Shown piece after piece: positions 9,701 to 18,562 of a stretch of 64,000 bases of DNA. A program made the position numbers and the translations under genes. Source of the DNA: Myxococcales bacterium (GTDB lineage Bacteria; Myxococcota_A; Polyangia; Palsa-1104; SHYY01). The stretch is from the NCBI GenBank assembly GCA_009692555.1, contig SHYY01000005.1, positions 3,860 through 67,859 of the forward strand. Direction: 5' to 3'. The notes beneath the pieces were generated by a model. That model was not told where the DNA came from, did not search any database, and saw only the letters and a list, made by a program, of their open reading frames with translations. How positions within the stretch are numbered: position 1 is the stretch's first letter; each line of letters starts with the position of its first letter.

Positions 9701-10459
9701 ACGGCGGAGTTCTCGGGCTCCCTCGAGCTGCCGGCGCAGGACCAGGATATCCCGGTGCTGCTGGTGAGCGACCCGAAGACGGGCGGGAAGGGGCACCTCG
9801 CCCGCACGCCGGTGTTGCCGCCGGGAAGCAATCAGGTGACGCGCGACCTGCGCGTGGAGCTCGTGGCGACGGGTGCGGCGCGGGTCGAACTCAAGATGGC
9901 GGTGTCGGGCGAGGCCGCCCACGAGTGGCGCTCGCACTACCAGTCGTCGGGGGAACGGCGGGAGCGCTTCGAGAAGGCGGAGAACCACAGCCACCCGGGA
10001 GCGAAGGTGACGCGGGTGGAGTTCCCGACGATCGACGACCGCGAGCGGCCGGTGGAGGTGCGCTCGCAGCTGGAGGTGCCCGGCTGGGCGCGGGTCGAGG
10101 GGCGTGATCTGGCGATGCCCGCGCTGGGGCGCGAAGGGGAGCTGTTGCGCTCGTACGCGCGGCTCTCGGAGCGCACGCATGACCTGATCCTGGGCTATCC
10201 GTGGGAGCAGCACGAGCGGGTGGCGATCGCGCTGCCGGCCGGCTACGCGCCGAAGCGGTTGCCGGAAGCGCGGCGGATCGATACGCCGTTCGGGACCTTC
10301 GCCGTCACCGTCGAGGGGCACGGGCAGGAGGTGTTGCTGACGACGGCGCTGAAGGTGAACCGGCATCGCATTTCGCGGGCCGAGTACGCGGCGTTCCGTC
10401 GCTTCTGCCTGGACGTGGACGCGGCGGTGGGGCAGGAGCTGGTGATCACCCATGAATAG
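6740..10459 (+). CDS. Secreted TPR + DUF3857 + transglutaminase-like domain protein
   Basis: Signal peptide MKPLRVWILPLVALTAAPALA; TPRs; FPRLEPGDVI; TRYVGLEFGIHGYKPY, GDCKDKA, FDHAIAW, FLDGT catalytic triad. Confidence 0.9.
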   Translation: MKPLRVWILPLVALTAAPALANGPYDTEIATRRAEAKRLAGRPDAIVPLLGILDLWTLVDDRAGISAMLDEVIADPRQRADLRGRAAYLRSVVADRVGDTALAKKLRAGLGFVTAWQVVGPFDNEGKTGHAQPFPVEKELAAAIDPAREYPGKGRPVKWRLFPDQVVTQGMLALDAALRPDTNATAYATSFVRSDVAADIALRVGSAGAVKVWVNGRLALDRDVYRPLRIDQDVAGARLEAGWNRITAKVGVADGAWAFFLRITAPDGGPVGFAASATVPAKLVAAAKKTGKPGKVADLDADLRRAAARPSDAAAARALGLYLHYVAPEDPEAKSAARALARAERLLPSSETARLWAMASTDHNDRRKRLEEAVSLGAKASPGERARVLSELGEVYSRAHRERRAEELWRAALQADPDFFPATLHLADLAADRGLPSQAMATVDEMAKRHGAIAVLHAGARLADRRGLHTEAERRFVLLHAATADDIGVLRELFGLARARGDQPAAFKRLDEMAAARPDLFATAIDRAELLDGAGRGGEAHEVLARALATCPDEPRLLERDGRVLHRMGRQPEALVRFRRALELRPQNPDLRAYLREIEAQGKGRGTAERSSADDLARAYTEAVPAIIARAGPAKPGAKDSARVLLDLSATRVHSNGLSETFTQRVVQILDERGARDQGDVDIRYTPDTQSVEVRAARVYKKSGEVIEAPAQTDRDLSEPWYGLYYDVRAQSIDFPRLEPGDVINVEYLVSDVGRRNLFADYFGELHVLQEGLPRAEGAYVLIAPKSRPLYFNQPKLPEGAQLTVEKQERGDDMVYSFRTRGVPKVEPEPGMPGFTDVAAYVHVSTYRTWEEVASWYWGLAREQLQPDEAIKRAAAETVKGIPKEDERARIRAIYNHVVTKTRYVGLEFGIHGYKPYKVSQIYARKFGDCKDKASLLVAMLKEIHVEASLVLARTRRGGDLDPFPASLAPFDHAIAWVPKYDLFLDGTAEFSGSLELPAQDQDIPVLLVSDPKTGGKGHLARTPVLPPGSNQVTRDLRVELVATGAARVELKMAVSGEAAHEWRSHYQSSGERRERFEKAENHSHPGAKVTRVEFPTIDDRERPVEVRSQLEVPGWARVEGRDLAMPALGREGELLRSYARLSERTHDLILGYPWEQHERVAIALPAGYAPKRLPEARRIDTPFGTFAVTVEGHGQEVLLTTALKVNRHRISRAEYAAFRRFCLDVDAAVGQELVITHE

Positions 10460-13400
10460 ATTTCGCGGTGGATTTCGGGGGGGAATAGTCGCGCTCCTGG
10501 CGGTGGCGATTTCGGGCTGTGCAGCGACGGTGAAGGGGCCGGCCGGGCCGACCGATCGGGGGGCGATCGAGGCGCTCCTTTTGGGCTCTCCGCAGCGCGC
10601 GGATCTGTGGCGCGATCTCGGCTGGATCGACTATCTCGCGGGCGATTCGCAGAAGGCGCACCCGTCGCTGGAGCGCGCCGAGAAGCTCGCGGCGGGCGAT
10701 CCGCGCACGCTGCTCGGGCTGGCCCTTTTGGCGCACACCGCGGGGCGGACGGACGAGGCTCGCGGGCGCTGGGCGTCGATCCTCGAGCGCGCCGATCCGG
10801 AGGATCCCTGGTCGGCGCCGGTGATGGAGATGGCCACCTCGGTGCTGGAGTGGCTGATCGGCGAGGCGCCGGGCGAGCAGGCGTTCTCGCAGCGGCTCTC
10901 GGGAATCCTCGCGTCGCGGGCGAGCGCGTTCGGGGTGCCGATCGCGAACACGCTGCCGTTCGACGTGGGGAGCCGCCTGTTCGCGGTGCGCGCGGCCTAC
11001 CACCGCAAGCTCGGCGATGACGGGCTCGCGGCGACGTTGGACGCGGCGCGGGGGTGCCCGAAGGTGTGGCGGGCCGCAGGGCCGTATGGACACCTGGCGC
11101 GCCTCGATCTCGACCGGCCGCTGCCGCCGGCCACGTCTCACCCGGTCGCGGGGCGTGCGCTGCCGGTGCGCGCCTGTGGTTTCGCCGTCGAGGCGAACCG
11201 CGCCTCGGTGATGCACGCCACGACCTTTGTGCAGGTGCCGCGCGATCTGACTGCCACGGTGAGCGTCGAGACGGATCAGCCGTGGCATCTGGTGGTCGAC
11301 GGGCAGACGGTGTTCCGTCAGGACCCGCGCGATCGCTTTCCGACGCGCTCGACCGGGGTGGACCTCGATCTCGCGGCGGGATGGCACCGCGTGCTCCTGA
11401 AGATCGCCGTGCCGCATTCCCGCACCGAGGTGGTCGCCTCGATCGCCTCTCCCGGTGCGCCGCTGGAATTCGCCGACGCGGCACCCGCTGCCGGCGCTGC
11501 CGTGGCCCCCGGCCCGGCTCGCCTGCACCCTGCGATCGCGATGCCCGTCGCCGTGGGAACGGCCACGGGAGCGGGAACGTACCCGGCCGCGATTGGCGAT
11601 TTCCTGGTCGCCGCGCGGGCCCATCGCGAGCTCGATCTCGACGGTGGCAGCGCCGCGATCGCCCGCGTAAACGCTGCGGCTCCGCGCTTCGTCCCGGGGC
11701 TGCTCCTCGGCGCGCAGCTCGCGGCCGAGGATCCGTCGCGCCCCTCCCGCTTCTCCCGCGACGCCGCCCGCAAGCTCCTCGAGCGGACCCTCGAGCTCGA
11801 GCCCGGGGCGGGGCGCGCCCGCTACAACCTGGCGACGATGGACCTCCAGGACGACCACGCCGAAAAGGCGCTCGCGCGGCTCGGCGATCACCCGGGATGG
11901 CGGCTCGATTACGGGCGCTACCAGGCCCTGCGCGCCCGCGGGTGGCTGCTGGAGGCGGAGCGGGCCCTCGCCGAGGCGCGCAAGCAGAACCCGGAGGCCT
12001 GCGGGCCGATCGAGGCGGCGATGGCGGTGGCGCGCGATCATCACGATGTCGCCGCGGCCAGGCGCCTGGGCGAGGAGATGGTGCGCTGCCAGCCGACCTC
12101 GGATGACCTCGCGGAGCTCTACCGCGACACCCGCGATCCGCGCGCCGCCGCGGTCGAGTACCGTCGCCTGCTGGCCCTCGATCCGCTGCGGCAGGACTGG
12201 CGAAACGGACTCGCCGATGCGCTGACCGCTGCCGGGCAGCCAGGTGAGGCGGTGGCGGTGCTGGAGGCGCTGGTGGCGGAATACCCCCGCTCCGCCGGCC
12301 AGCGGGTGAAGCTGGCCGATGCGCTGATCGCCGGAGGCCGGCCCGGCGACGCGGCGCGCGCCCGCCAGGTGATCGCCGACGGACTGGCCGAGGCTCCCGA
12401 GGCACAGGAGCTTCACCGCGCGCTGCTGGCGCTCGGCCTGGGCAACGTGATCGACCCCTTCCGCGTCGACGGCAAGCAGGTGATCGCCGCCTTCAACCGC
12501 TCGGGGCGCCGCTACGACGCGCCCGCGGTGATCGTCCTCGACCGCACCGTGACGCGGGTGTTCGACACCGGCGCGCGCCTCACCCTCACCCACAACATCG
12601 TCCGGGTGCAGACCAAGGAGGGGATCGACAAGTGGGGCGAGGTGAACATCCCGGACGGCGCAGACGTGCTGCTCCTGCGCGCGGTGAAGGCCGACGGCTC
12701 GACCCGCGAGCCCGAGGAGATCGCCGAGAAGCAGTCGGTGTCGGTCCCCGACCTCGAGCCGGGGGACTTCGTGGAGTTCGAGTACGTCGATCCGTCGCCG
12801 TCGCCGGCCGCCTTCCCGAACGGCTTCCTCGGAGAGCGGTTTTACTTCCAGTCCTTCGACGCGCCGCTCGATCGGACAGAATACGTCCTGGCCGCACCGC
12901 CGGGAATGGCGCTCCAGATCGACCGCCGCGGCGACGCACTCAAGGAAAAGGTGGAGCTGCGGGGCGAGCTCGAGGTCCGGACCTGGGCCGACGAGCACAA
13001 GGCGCAGCTCCTTCCCGAGCCGCAGCAGGCGCCGTTCACGGAGAGCGTCCCATCGGTGCGCGTCGCCTCGGGGGTGACCTTTCCGGTGTGGCGCGACTTC
13101 CTCGACGACCAGCAGTTCGGGGCGCTGCGGGCGAACGGCGAGCTGCGGGCGCTGGCTGCGAAGCTGAAGACGCCCGAGGCGGTGGACGCCTTTGTGCGGC
13201 GCAACATCAAGGCGGGTGGCTCGCTCGACGAGGCGGCGACCTCGATCCTGGCGCGCGGCGAGGGCAACCGGATCACCCTCGAGCGGGCGCTCCTGCTGGC
13301 GCTGGGGGTGCCGGCGGAGCTGTGGCTCGGGCGCGCCAGGAACTCGGCCGCCCTCGACGGGCCGCTGCCCGATCTCGAAGGCTTCGATGAGCCGCTCCTG

Positions 13401-14216
13401 GCGGTGACGCTTCCGGGCGCGAAGGGGCCGGTGGCCACGACCATCCTGGACCCGCGCTTCCGCCACACCCCGATGGGCTTCGTGTCACCGCCGCTGCGCG
13501 ATCAGCCGGCGATCGCGCTCGGACGCCGGGGCGAGGCGCGCCCGGTGACGGTCACGACCAGGCTCGCCGACCGCCGCGAGATCACGCTCGAGGCCACGCT
13601 GGCCGAGGACGGCGGCGCCGAGGTGACGGTGCGCGAGGTGGTGGCCGGATGGCCGGCCCTCGAGTGGCGCGAGGGGATCGACCGGCTGGCCGAGGATCGG
13701 GTGCGGCCGGAGTTCGAGCAGCACACCCTCGGCTTCTACTTCCCGGGGGCGACGCTGAAGACGCTCACCTTCGGCCCGCGCGACGCGGACGACGAGCCGT
13801 TCGTCGTCGCGTACACCTTCCACGCGCCCCGCTTCGCGCGGGCCGAGGGAAAGCGGCTCCTCTTGCCTGCTCCCTACCCCGCGCTGCTCGGGAGGCGCTA
13901 TGTGGGCGTGGCGAAGCGGAGCACTCCTTTGCAGCTGCAGTACTGCGCACCGACGCACCTCGCGGCGACGATCCACCTGCCGGCCGGCGCAGGGGTGGCG
14001 CGCGCGGTGTCGGGGAAGGCGAGCGACCCGCTGTTCGGCGCGTTCTCCCTGCTGGCCAGCGGCGGCGCGTCCGGGGAGCCGCCTTTGCTCAAGCTCGATG
14101 CCACCTTCGGGATGCCGGCATCGCGCATTCCGCCCGAGCGGTACGGGGAGTTTGCGGCGTACGCCCACGCCGTGGATGTCGCCGAGTCGCAGGCCGCCGA
14201 GGTGGTGCTGAAGTAG
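10452..14216 (+). CDS. TPR + DUF3857-like lipoprotein, transglutaminase catalytic residues lost
   Basis: AISGC lipobox; TPRs; VPDLEPGDFVEFEY; GEGNRITL where GDC is expected; 8-bp overlap with the upstream paralog. Confidence 0.85.
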   Translation: MNRFRGGFRGGIVALLAVAISGCAATVKGPAGPTDRGAIEALLLGSPQRADLWRDLGWIDYLAGDSQKAHPSLERAEKLAAGDPRTLLGLALLAHTAGRTDEARGRWASILERADPEDPWSAPVMEMATSVLEWLIGEAPGEQAFSQRLSGILASRASAFGVPIANTLPFDVGSRLFAVRAAYHRKLGDDGLAATLDAARGCPKVWRAAGPYGHLARLDLDRPLPPATSHPVAGRALPVRACGFAVEANRASVMHATTFVQVPRDLTATVSVETDQPWHLVVDGQTVFRQDPRDRFPTRSTGVDLDLAAGWHRVLLKIAVPHSRTEVVASIASPGAPLEFADAAPAAGAAVAPGPARLHPAIAMPVAVGTATGAGTYPAAIGDFLVAARAHRELDLDGGSAAIARVNAAAPRFVPGLLLGAQLAAEDPSRPSRFSRDAARKLLERTLELEPGAGRARYNLATMDLQDDHAEKALARLGDHPGWRLDYGRYQALRARGWLLEAERALAEARKQNPEACGPIEAAMAVARDHHDVAAARRLGEEMVRCQPTSDDLAELYRDTRDPRAAAVEYRRLLALDPLRQDWRNGLADALTAAGQPGEAVAVLEALVAEYPRSAGQRVKLADALIAGGRPGDAARARQVIADGLAEAPEAQELHRALLALGLGNVIDPFRVDGKQVIAAFNRSGRRYDAPAVIVLDRTVTRVFDTGARLTLTHNIVRVQTKEGIDKWGEVNIPDGADVLLLRAVKADGSTREPEEIAEKQSVSVPDLEPGDFVEFEYVDPSPSPAAFPNGFLGERFYFQSFDAPLDRTEYVLAAPPGMALQIDRRGDALKEKVELRGELEVRTWADEHKAQLLPEPQQAPFTESVPSVRVASGVTFPVWRDFLDDQQFGALRANGELRALAAKLKTPEAVDAFVRRNIKAGGSLDEAATSILARGEGNRITLERALLLALGVPAELWLGRARNSAALDGPLPDLEGFDEPLLAVTLPGAKGPVATTILDPRFRHTPMGFVSPPLRDQPAIALGRRGEARPVTVTTRLADRREITLEATLAEDGGAEVTVREVVAGWPALEWREGIDRLAEDRVRPEFEQHTLGFYFPGATLKTLTFGPRDADDEPFVVAYTFHAPRFARAEGKRLLLPAPYPALLGRRYVGVAKRSTPLQLQYCAPTHLAATIHLPAGAGVARAVSGKASDPLFGAFSLLASGGASGEPPLLKLDATFGMPASRIPPERYGEFAAYAHAVDVAESQAAEVVLK

Positions 14217-14230
14217 ACCTCCCCAGGCGC

Positions 14231-15226
14231 CTACGCCGGGGCGAACCGGCTCACGGCGAAGCGCCCGGCCTCGTCCATCCACTGATCCTCGACGGTGAAG
14301 CCGGCTGCCGCCGCGAGGTGGGCGAGCTCGCCTTGCGAATACTTGTACGAGTCCTCGGTGTGGATCCGCTCCCCCGCGGCGAACGTCAGGTCGATCCCGA
14401 GGCCGTCGATCCGGGCCGCCTGATCGCGCTCGCTCACCAGGTACATCTCGATCCGCCCCGCCGGTTCGTCGTAGCGCGCCAGGTGGCGAAACTGGTCGAC
14501 CGCGAAGTGGCCCCCGAGCTCCCGGTTGATCCGCGCGAGCAGGTTCAGGTTGAAGCGCGCGGTCACCCCCGCGGCGTCGTCGTAGGCGCGCTCCAGTACC
14601 GTGCGCTCCTTGCGCAGGTCGGCGCCGAGCAGCAGTCGGTCGCGGAGCGCCATCGTCGCCCGCACCTCGGCGAGGAAGCGCGCCGCGTCGGGGCGGTGGA
14701 AGTTGCCGACGTTCGAGCCGAGCCACAGGACGAGCCTCGCAGAGTCCTCCGCCCGGGGCTGGTCCTGGAGGATGCGCAGGCCCGACCGGTACTCGGCGGC
14801 GATGGCGGTGACCTGGAGCGACGGGTAGTCGGCCAGCAGCCCGCGGGCGCTCTCCTCGAGCATCGTCTCCGAGATGTCGATCGGCAGGTAGCGGAGCGAC
14901 GGGCGACGGGCGAGCAGCGCGTCGAGGAGCAGGCGGGTCTTCGTCGCGCTGCCGCTGCCGAGCTCGACCAGCTCCACCGACGGTGGAAGGGGTGCGACGA
15001 TCGCTCCCGCGTGCCGCCCGAGGATCTCCGCCTCGGCGCGCGTCAGGTAGTACTCCGGGAGGCCGCAGATGGCCTCGAACAGGCGCGAGCCCTCCTCGTC
15101 GTAGAAGTACGGGAAGGGGAGGCGCTTCGGCGTCGCCGTGAGCCCCGCGTGAACGTCACGCGCGAAGTCAACCGCGCCGCCGCTCGACGGGTGGCGAATC
15201 AGGGTGAAGCGCGCGGCGTCGGTCAT
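14231..15226 (-). CDS. egtD: L-histidine N-alpha-methyltransferase (EgtD family)
   Basis: KRLPFPYFYDEEGSRLFEAICGLPEYYLTRAE, ELGSGSATKT, AYDDAAGVTARFNLNLL, IHTEDSYKY. Confidence 0.9.
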   Translation of the reverse strand: MTDAARFTLIRHPSSGGAVDFARDVHAGLTATPKRLPFPYFYDEEGSRLFEAICGLPEYYLTRAEAEILGRHAGAIVAPLPPSVELVELGSGSATKTRLLLDALLARRPSLRYLPIDISETMLEESARGLLADYPSLQVTAIAAEYRSGLRILQDQPRAEDSARLVLWLGSNVGNFHRPDAARFLAEVRATMALRDRLLLGADLRKERTVLERAYDDAAGVTARFNLNLLARINRELGGHFAVDQFRHLARYDEPAGRIEMYLVSERDQAARIDGLGIDLTFAAGERIHTEDSYKYSQGELAHLAAAAGFTVEDQWMDEAGRFAVSRFAPA

Positions 15227-16713
15227 GCGCTCACCGGAAGCCGCAGACCCCGCGGCACCACCAGCCGCTCCAGGCGATCGAACAGCAGCTCGACGGCGAG
15301 CGCCAGCACCGCCGCCGGCACCGCACCCTGCAGGATCAGCCCGACGTCGTCGAGGCGGATCCCGGTGAGGATCGGCTGGCCATACCCGCCGGCGCCGACC
15401 AGCGCCCCGAGGGTGGCGGTGCCCACGTTGATCACCGCCGAGGTCTTCACTCCGGCGACGATCGCCCGCGAAGCGAGCGGCAGTTCGACCCGCCAGAGAC
15501 GCGCCAGCGGCGGGAGACCGAGCGCCTCGGCCGACTCGCGCATCGAGGGCGCGATGTCGGTGAGCCCGGTGCAGGTGTTGCGGACGATCGGGAGGAGGCT
15601 GTAGAGGAACAGCGCGACGATCGCCGGCGGCGCCCCGATCCCGAGCAGGGGGATCATGAACACCAGCAGCGCCAGCGACGGGATGGTCTGAACGATCCCG
15701 GTGCCAGCCAGGATCAGCCGGCCGAGCCGCGGGCGGCGCGAGGCGAGGATCCCGAGCGGGATGGCGAACAGGATCGCCGCGCCGAGGGAGACCGCCACCA
15801 GCGCGAGGTGCTGGCCGGTGTGGCGGAGGAGCGGCCTGAGGAACGACTCGCGGCGCGCATCGGCGTGGACCCCGAGGCGCTCGGCGAGGAAGTCGGCGGC
15901 CACCACCGACTCGGGGAGGCGATCGAGCTTGGCGCGCGCGTTCAAGGCGATCATCGCCGCCTCGTCGATCGATCCCTCCAGGCGCCGGATCGACGCGTGC
16001 GCGCGCCCGGCCCGGGTGGCGAGATCGGCCCGCGCGAGCAGCACCGCGTGGTAGTCGGGGAAGTGGTGGAGATCGTCGACCAGCACGCGCAGGTGGTAGT
16101 AGCGGATCTCCGCGTCGGTGGAGTAGAGGTCGGTGGCGTCGAGGGTACCGCTCTCGAGGCCGCGGTAGGCGAGGTCGTGATCGAGCCCGCGCGCCTCCTG
16201 CTGCGGCAGGTGGTAGCGCGCCTGGAGGCTCGGCCAGCCGTCGCTGCGGTCCATGAACTCGCTCGAGAAGCCGAAGCGCAGCTCGGGGTGGCGGGCGAGG
16301 TCGGAGAGGGTGCGGATCCCGAGGCGCGCGGCGGCCTCCTCCTTCATCCCGACGGCGTAGGTGTTGCTGAAGCCGAGCGGGCGGCTGATCACGACGCCGC
16401 GCTTCGCGAGCGCGACTCGCAGTGATTCCTCGTCGCTCCCGGCCCCGCCGAGGATCTCCCGGGCGATGGTCCCGGTGTAGTCCGGGTAGACGTCGATCTC
16501 GCCCGCGAGGAGCGCGTTCCACAGGACCTGCGTGCCGCCGAGCTGGCGACGGTGCTCGGCCCGTCCGCCCGCGTCTTGCGCCAGGAAGGTCACCAGTTCG
16601 CCCAGGATCACCGACTCGGTGAAGGCCTTCGAGCCCACCCGGACCGGCGCGTTGCCGCCTGTGCGCGTGCAGCCGGCGACGAGAAACAGGAGCGGGATCA
16701 ATGCGCGCCTCAC
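15223..16713 (-). CDS. Osmoprotectant/betaine-type ABC transporter, fused substrate-binding + permease
   Basis: LVAGC lipobox; VGSKAFTESVILGE, IDVYPDYTGT, DLYSTDAEI; C-terminal QTIPSLALL, ESAEALG (EAA motif), GAGGYG. Confidence 0.9.
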   Translation of the reverse strand: MRRALIPLLFLVAGCTRTGGNAPVRVGSKAFTESVILGELVTFLAQDAGGRAEHRRQLGGTQVLWNALLAGEIDVYPDYTGTIAREILGGAGSDEESLRVALAKRGVVISRPLGFSNTYAVGMKEEAAARLGIRTLSDLARHPELRFGFSSEFMDRSDGWPSLQARYHLPQQEARGLDHDLAYRGLESGTLDATDLYSTDAEIRYYHLRVLVDDLHHFPDYHAVLLARADLATRAGRAHASIRRLEGSIDEAAMIALNARAKLDRLPESVVAADFLAERLGVHADARRESFLRPLLRHTGQHLALVAVSLGAAILFAIPLGILASRRPRLGRLILAGTGIVQTIPSLALLVFMIPLLGIGAPPAIVALFLYSLLPIVRNTCTGLTDIAPSMRESAEALGLPPLARLWRVELPLASRAIVAGVKTSAVINVGTATLGALVGAGGYGQPILTGIRLDDVGLILQGAVPAAVLALAVELLFDRLERLVVPRGLRLPVSA

Positions 16714-17456
16714 CCGGCCTCCAGGGACTCGAGCGGGCTGCGCTGCGCGTTCACGAAGCGGGTGACGAACGCGTCTTCGGGTCGCCGGACGAGATCGGCC
16801 AGGGTGCCCTGCTGGACGATCGCGCCGTCGCGGAGGAGGACCAGGTGATCGCCGAGGAAGCCCGCCTCGCCGAGGTCGTGGGTGACCAGGATCACGGTCT
16901 TCCGGAGGCGCTGGAAGATCGCGCGAAGATCGGCCTGGAGGTCGGAGCGGATGATCGGGTCGAGGGCGCCGAGCGGCTCGTCGAGCAGGAGCAGCGACGG
17001 GTCGAGGAAGAGCGCGCGCATCAGGCTCACGCGCTGGCGCTGGCCGCCCGAGATCTGCGACGGAAAGCGGTCGAGGCTGGCGCGCGGGAAGCGGGTCAGC
17101 TCGCACAGCTCGTCCTGCCGCGCGGTGACCTGCGCCTCGGGCCAGCCCAGGTGGCGCGCCAGGAGGGCGATGTTGTCGGCCGCGGAAAGGTGGGGAAAGA
17201 GACCGCCGTCCTGGATCACGTAGCCCATGCGGAGGCGCAGCGCGGGGAGGTTCTCGAGGGTGAGCGGCGTCTCGTCGACCAGCACGGTGCCGCTGTCGGG
17301 GCGGAGGAGGCCGATCATCAGGCGCAGGCAGGTGGACTTCCCGCAGCCGCTCGGCCCGATCAGCACGGTGGTGCGCGCGGGCGCGATCGCGAGATCGATC
17401 GGCGGGAGGCCGGCGCCGCCAAAGCGCTTGGCGACGGCGCGGAACTCGATTCTCAC
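16710..17456 (-). CDS. ABC transporter ATP-binding subunit (OpuA/ProV-like)
   Basis: GPSGCGKST Walker A, YVIQDGGLFPH, ISGGQRQR, LLLDEP, VTHD. Confidence 0.92.
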   Translation of the reverse strand: MRIEFRAVAKRFGGAGLPPIDLAIAPARTTVLIGPSGCGKSTCLRLMIGLLRPDSGTVLVDETPLTLENLPALRLRMGYVIQDGGLFPHLSAADNIALLARHLGWPEAQVTARQDELCELTRFPRASLDRFPSQISGGQRQRVSLMRALFLDPSLLLLDEPLGALDPIIRSDLQADLRAIFQRLRKTVILVTHDLGEAGFLGDHLVLLRDGAIVQQGTLADLVRRPEDAFVTRFVNAQRSPLESLEAG

Positions 17457-17463
17457 GGGCGCC

Positions 17464-17952
17464 TCACGGAGCGCCGCCGATCGCCGCGCGCAGCGGCCTC
17501 TCGACGGTGACGAGCACATCGTGGACCCGCTCGAGCAGCAGGCCGAAGGCGAACCAGACGGGCGCGTTGTCGAGGCGGATCACGCCGCCGACGCTGGTGC
17601 GCGCGTAGGAGTAGTCCCACGGGCAGCGGCCGGTGGTCCACCGGAGGGCGAGCCCGGCGAGCGCTTCGACGGCGAAGATGCCGACCATGTAAAAAGCGCC
17701 GCGGGCGGCAAAGTGGAGGGCGCGGACGGTCTCGTGGACCGGCTCGAAGAGGAGCGCGGCCGACCCGTAGATCGGGAGCATCCATAGACACGTGTGGCCG
17801 GCGAGCCGGAGGCGCTGGGCGCGCGGGATGGTCACTTTTTTCGTCACGTCACCGTCGTCGGGACGGGTGCCGCACACCGCCTCGGTGGCGGCGGTCCAGA
17901 GGATCTCCGAGCACCAGCCCCAAAGGCCGTACAGGAGGAAGCGGAGGAGCAC
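17464..17952 (-). CDS. Small membrane protein (putative ABC permease, CmpB/DUF1113-like)
   Basis: RFLLYGLWGWCSEILWT, WMLPIYG, CPWDYS, GVIRLD..PVWF. Confidence 0.7.
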   Translation of the reverse strand: MLLRFLLYGLWGWCSEILWTAATEAVCGTRPDDGDVTKKVTIPRAQRLRLAGHTCLWMLPIYGSAALLFEPVHETVRALHFAARGAFYMVGIFAVEALAGLALRWTTGRCPWDYSYARTSVGGVIRLDNAPVWFAFGLLLERVHDVLVTVERPLRAAIGGAP

Positions 17953-18049
17953 GCGGCGATTCTCCGACGGGGGAGAAGCGAGCGCAAGTTGGTCGCTTGT
18001 TGCATGTCGATTGTTGCAAACTGGCGCCGACACCCCGAAACTCGCGCCC

Positions 18050-18550
18050 ATGAACGTCTTCGTGATCCGCCACGCCCGCGCGATCGATCCGGACCGGTCC
18101 CTCGACGACGGCCACCGCCCGCTCACCGCCCGGGGGCGACGCGACGCGCTGGCGGTGGGACGGGCGCTGCGGGAGGCGGGCGTCAAACTCGACGCGCTGG
18201 TCACCAGCCCGCTGGTGCGCGCCGTCGAGACCGCCGAGCTGATCGCGGTCGGCCTGGACTTCGATGGGGCGCTGGAGGTCGCCCCCGAGCTCGCCACCGG
18301 GCGCCACCCGCAGGTGGTGGTCGAGGAGATCCTTCTGCCGCGCGCGGACTTAGGCGCGGTGGCGGTGGTCGGTCACGAGCCGCAGCTCGGGGCCCTGATC
18401 GGGGCGCTCCTGCGCGGCCCGGTGCCGTCGCCGGCCAAGGGAGCGGCGGTACGCCTGGCGTGGGACGGGCCAGGCCAGCCGGCGCGCTTCAAGTGGGTGA
18501 TCCGCCCCGGCTTCGAGAAGCCGTCGAAGGAGATCGCCGACATCGGGTAG
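18050..18550 (+). CDS. sixA: Phosphohistidine phosphatase SixA family
   Basis: IRHARA, RPLTARG, TSPLVRAVETA, VGHEP. Confidence 0.85.
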   Translation: MNVFVIRHARAIDPDRSLDDGHRPLTARGRRDALAVGRALREAGVKLDALVTSPLVRAVETAELIAVGLDFDGALEVAPELATGRHPQVVVEEILLPRADLGAVAVVGHEPQLGALIGALLRGPVPSPAKGAAVRLAWDGPGQPARFKWVIRPGFEKPSKEIADIG

Positions 18551-18562
18551 CCGTAAGGTAGA

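Noticed and set aside
8510-13466. Long minus-strand ORFs (647, 720 and 1006 aa)
   Set aside because: Antisense shadows of the two DUF3857/TPR genes; Arg/Pro/Gly-rich with no motifs, as expected at high GC.
14231-17456. Complete ergothioneine or selenoneine biosynthesis cluster
   Set aside because: No egtB/egtC or senA/senB/senC genes are visible in the window.
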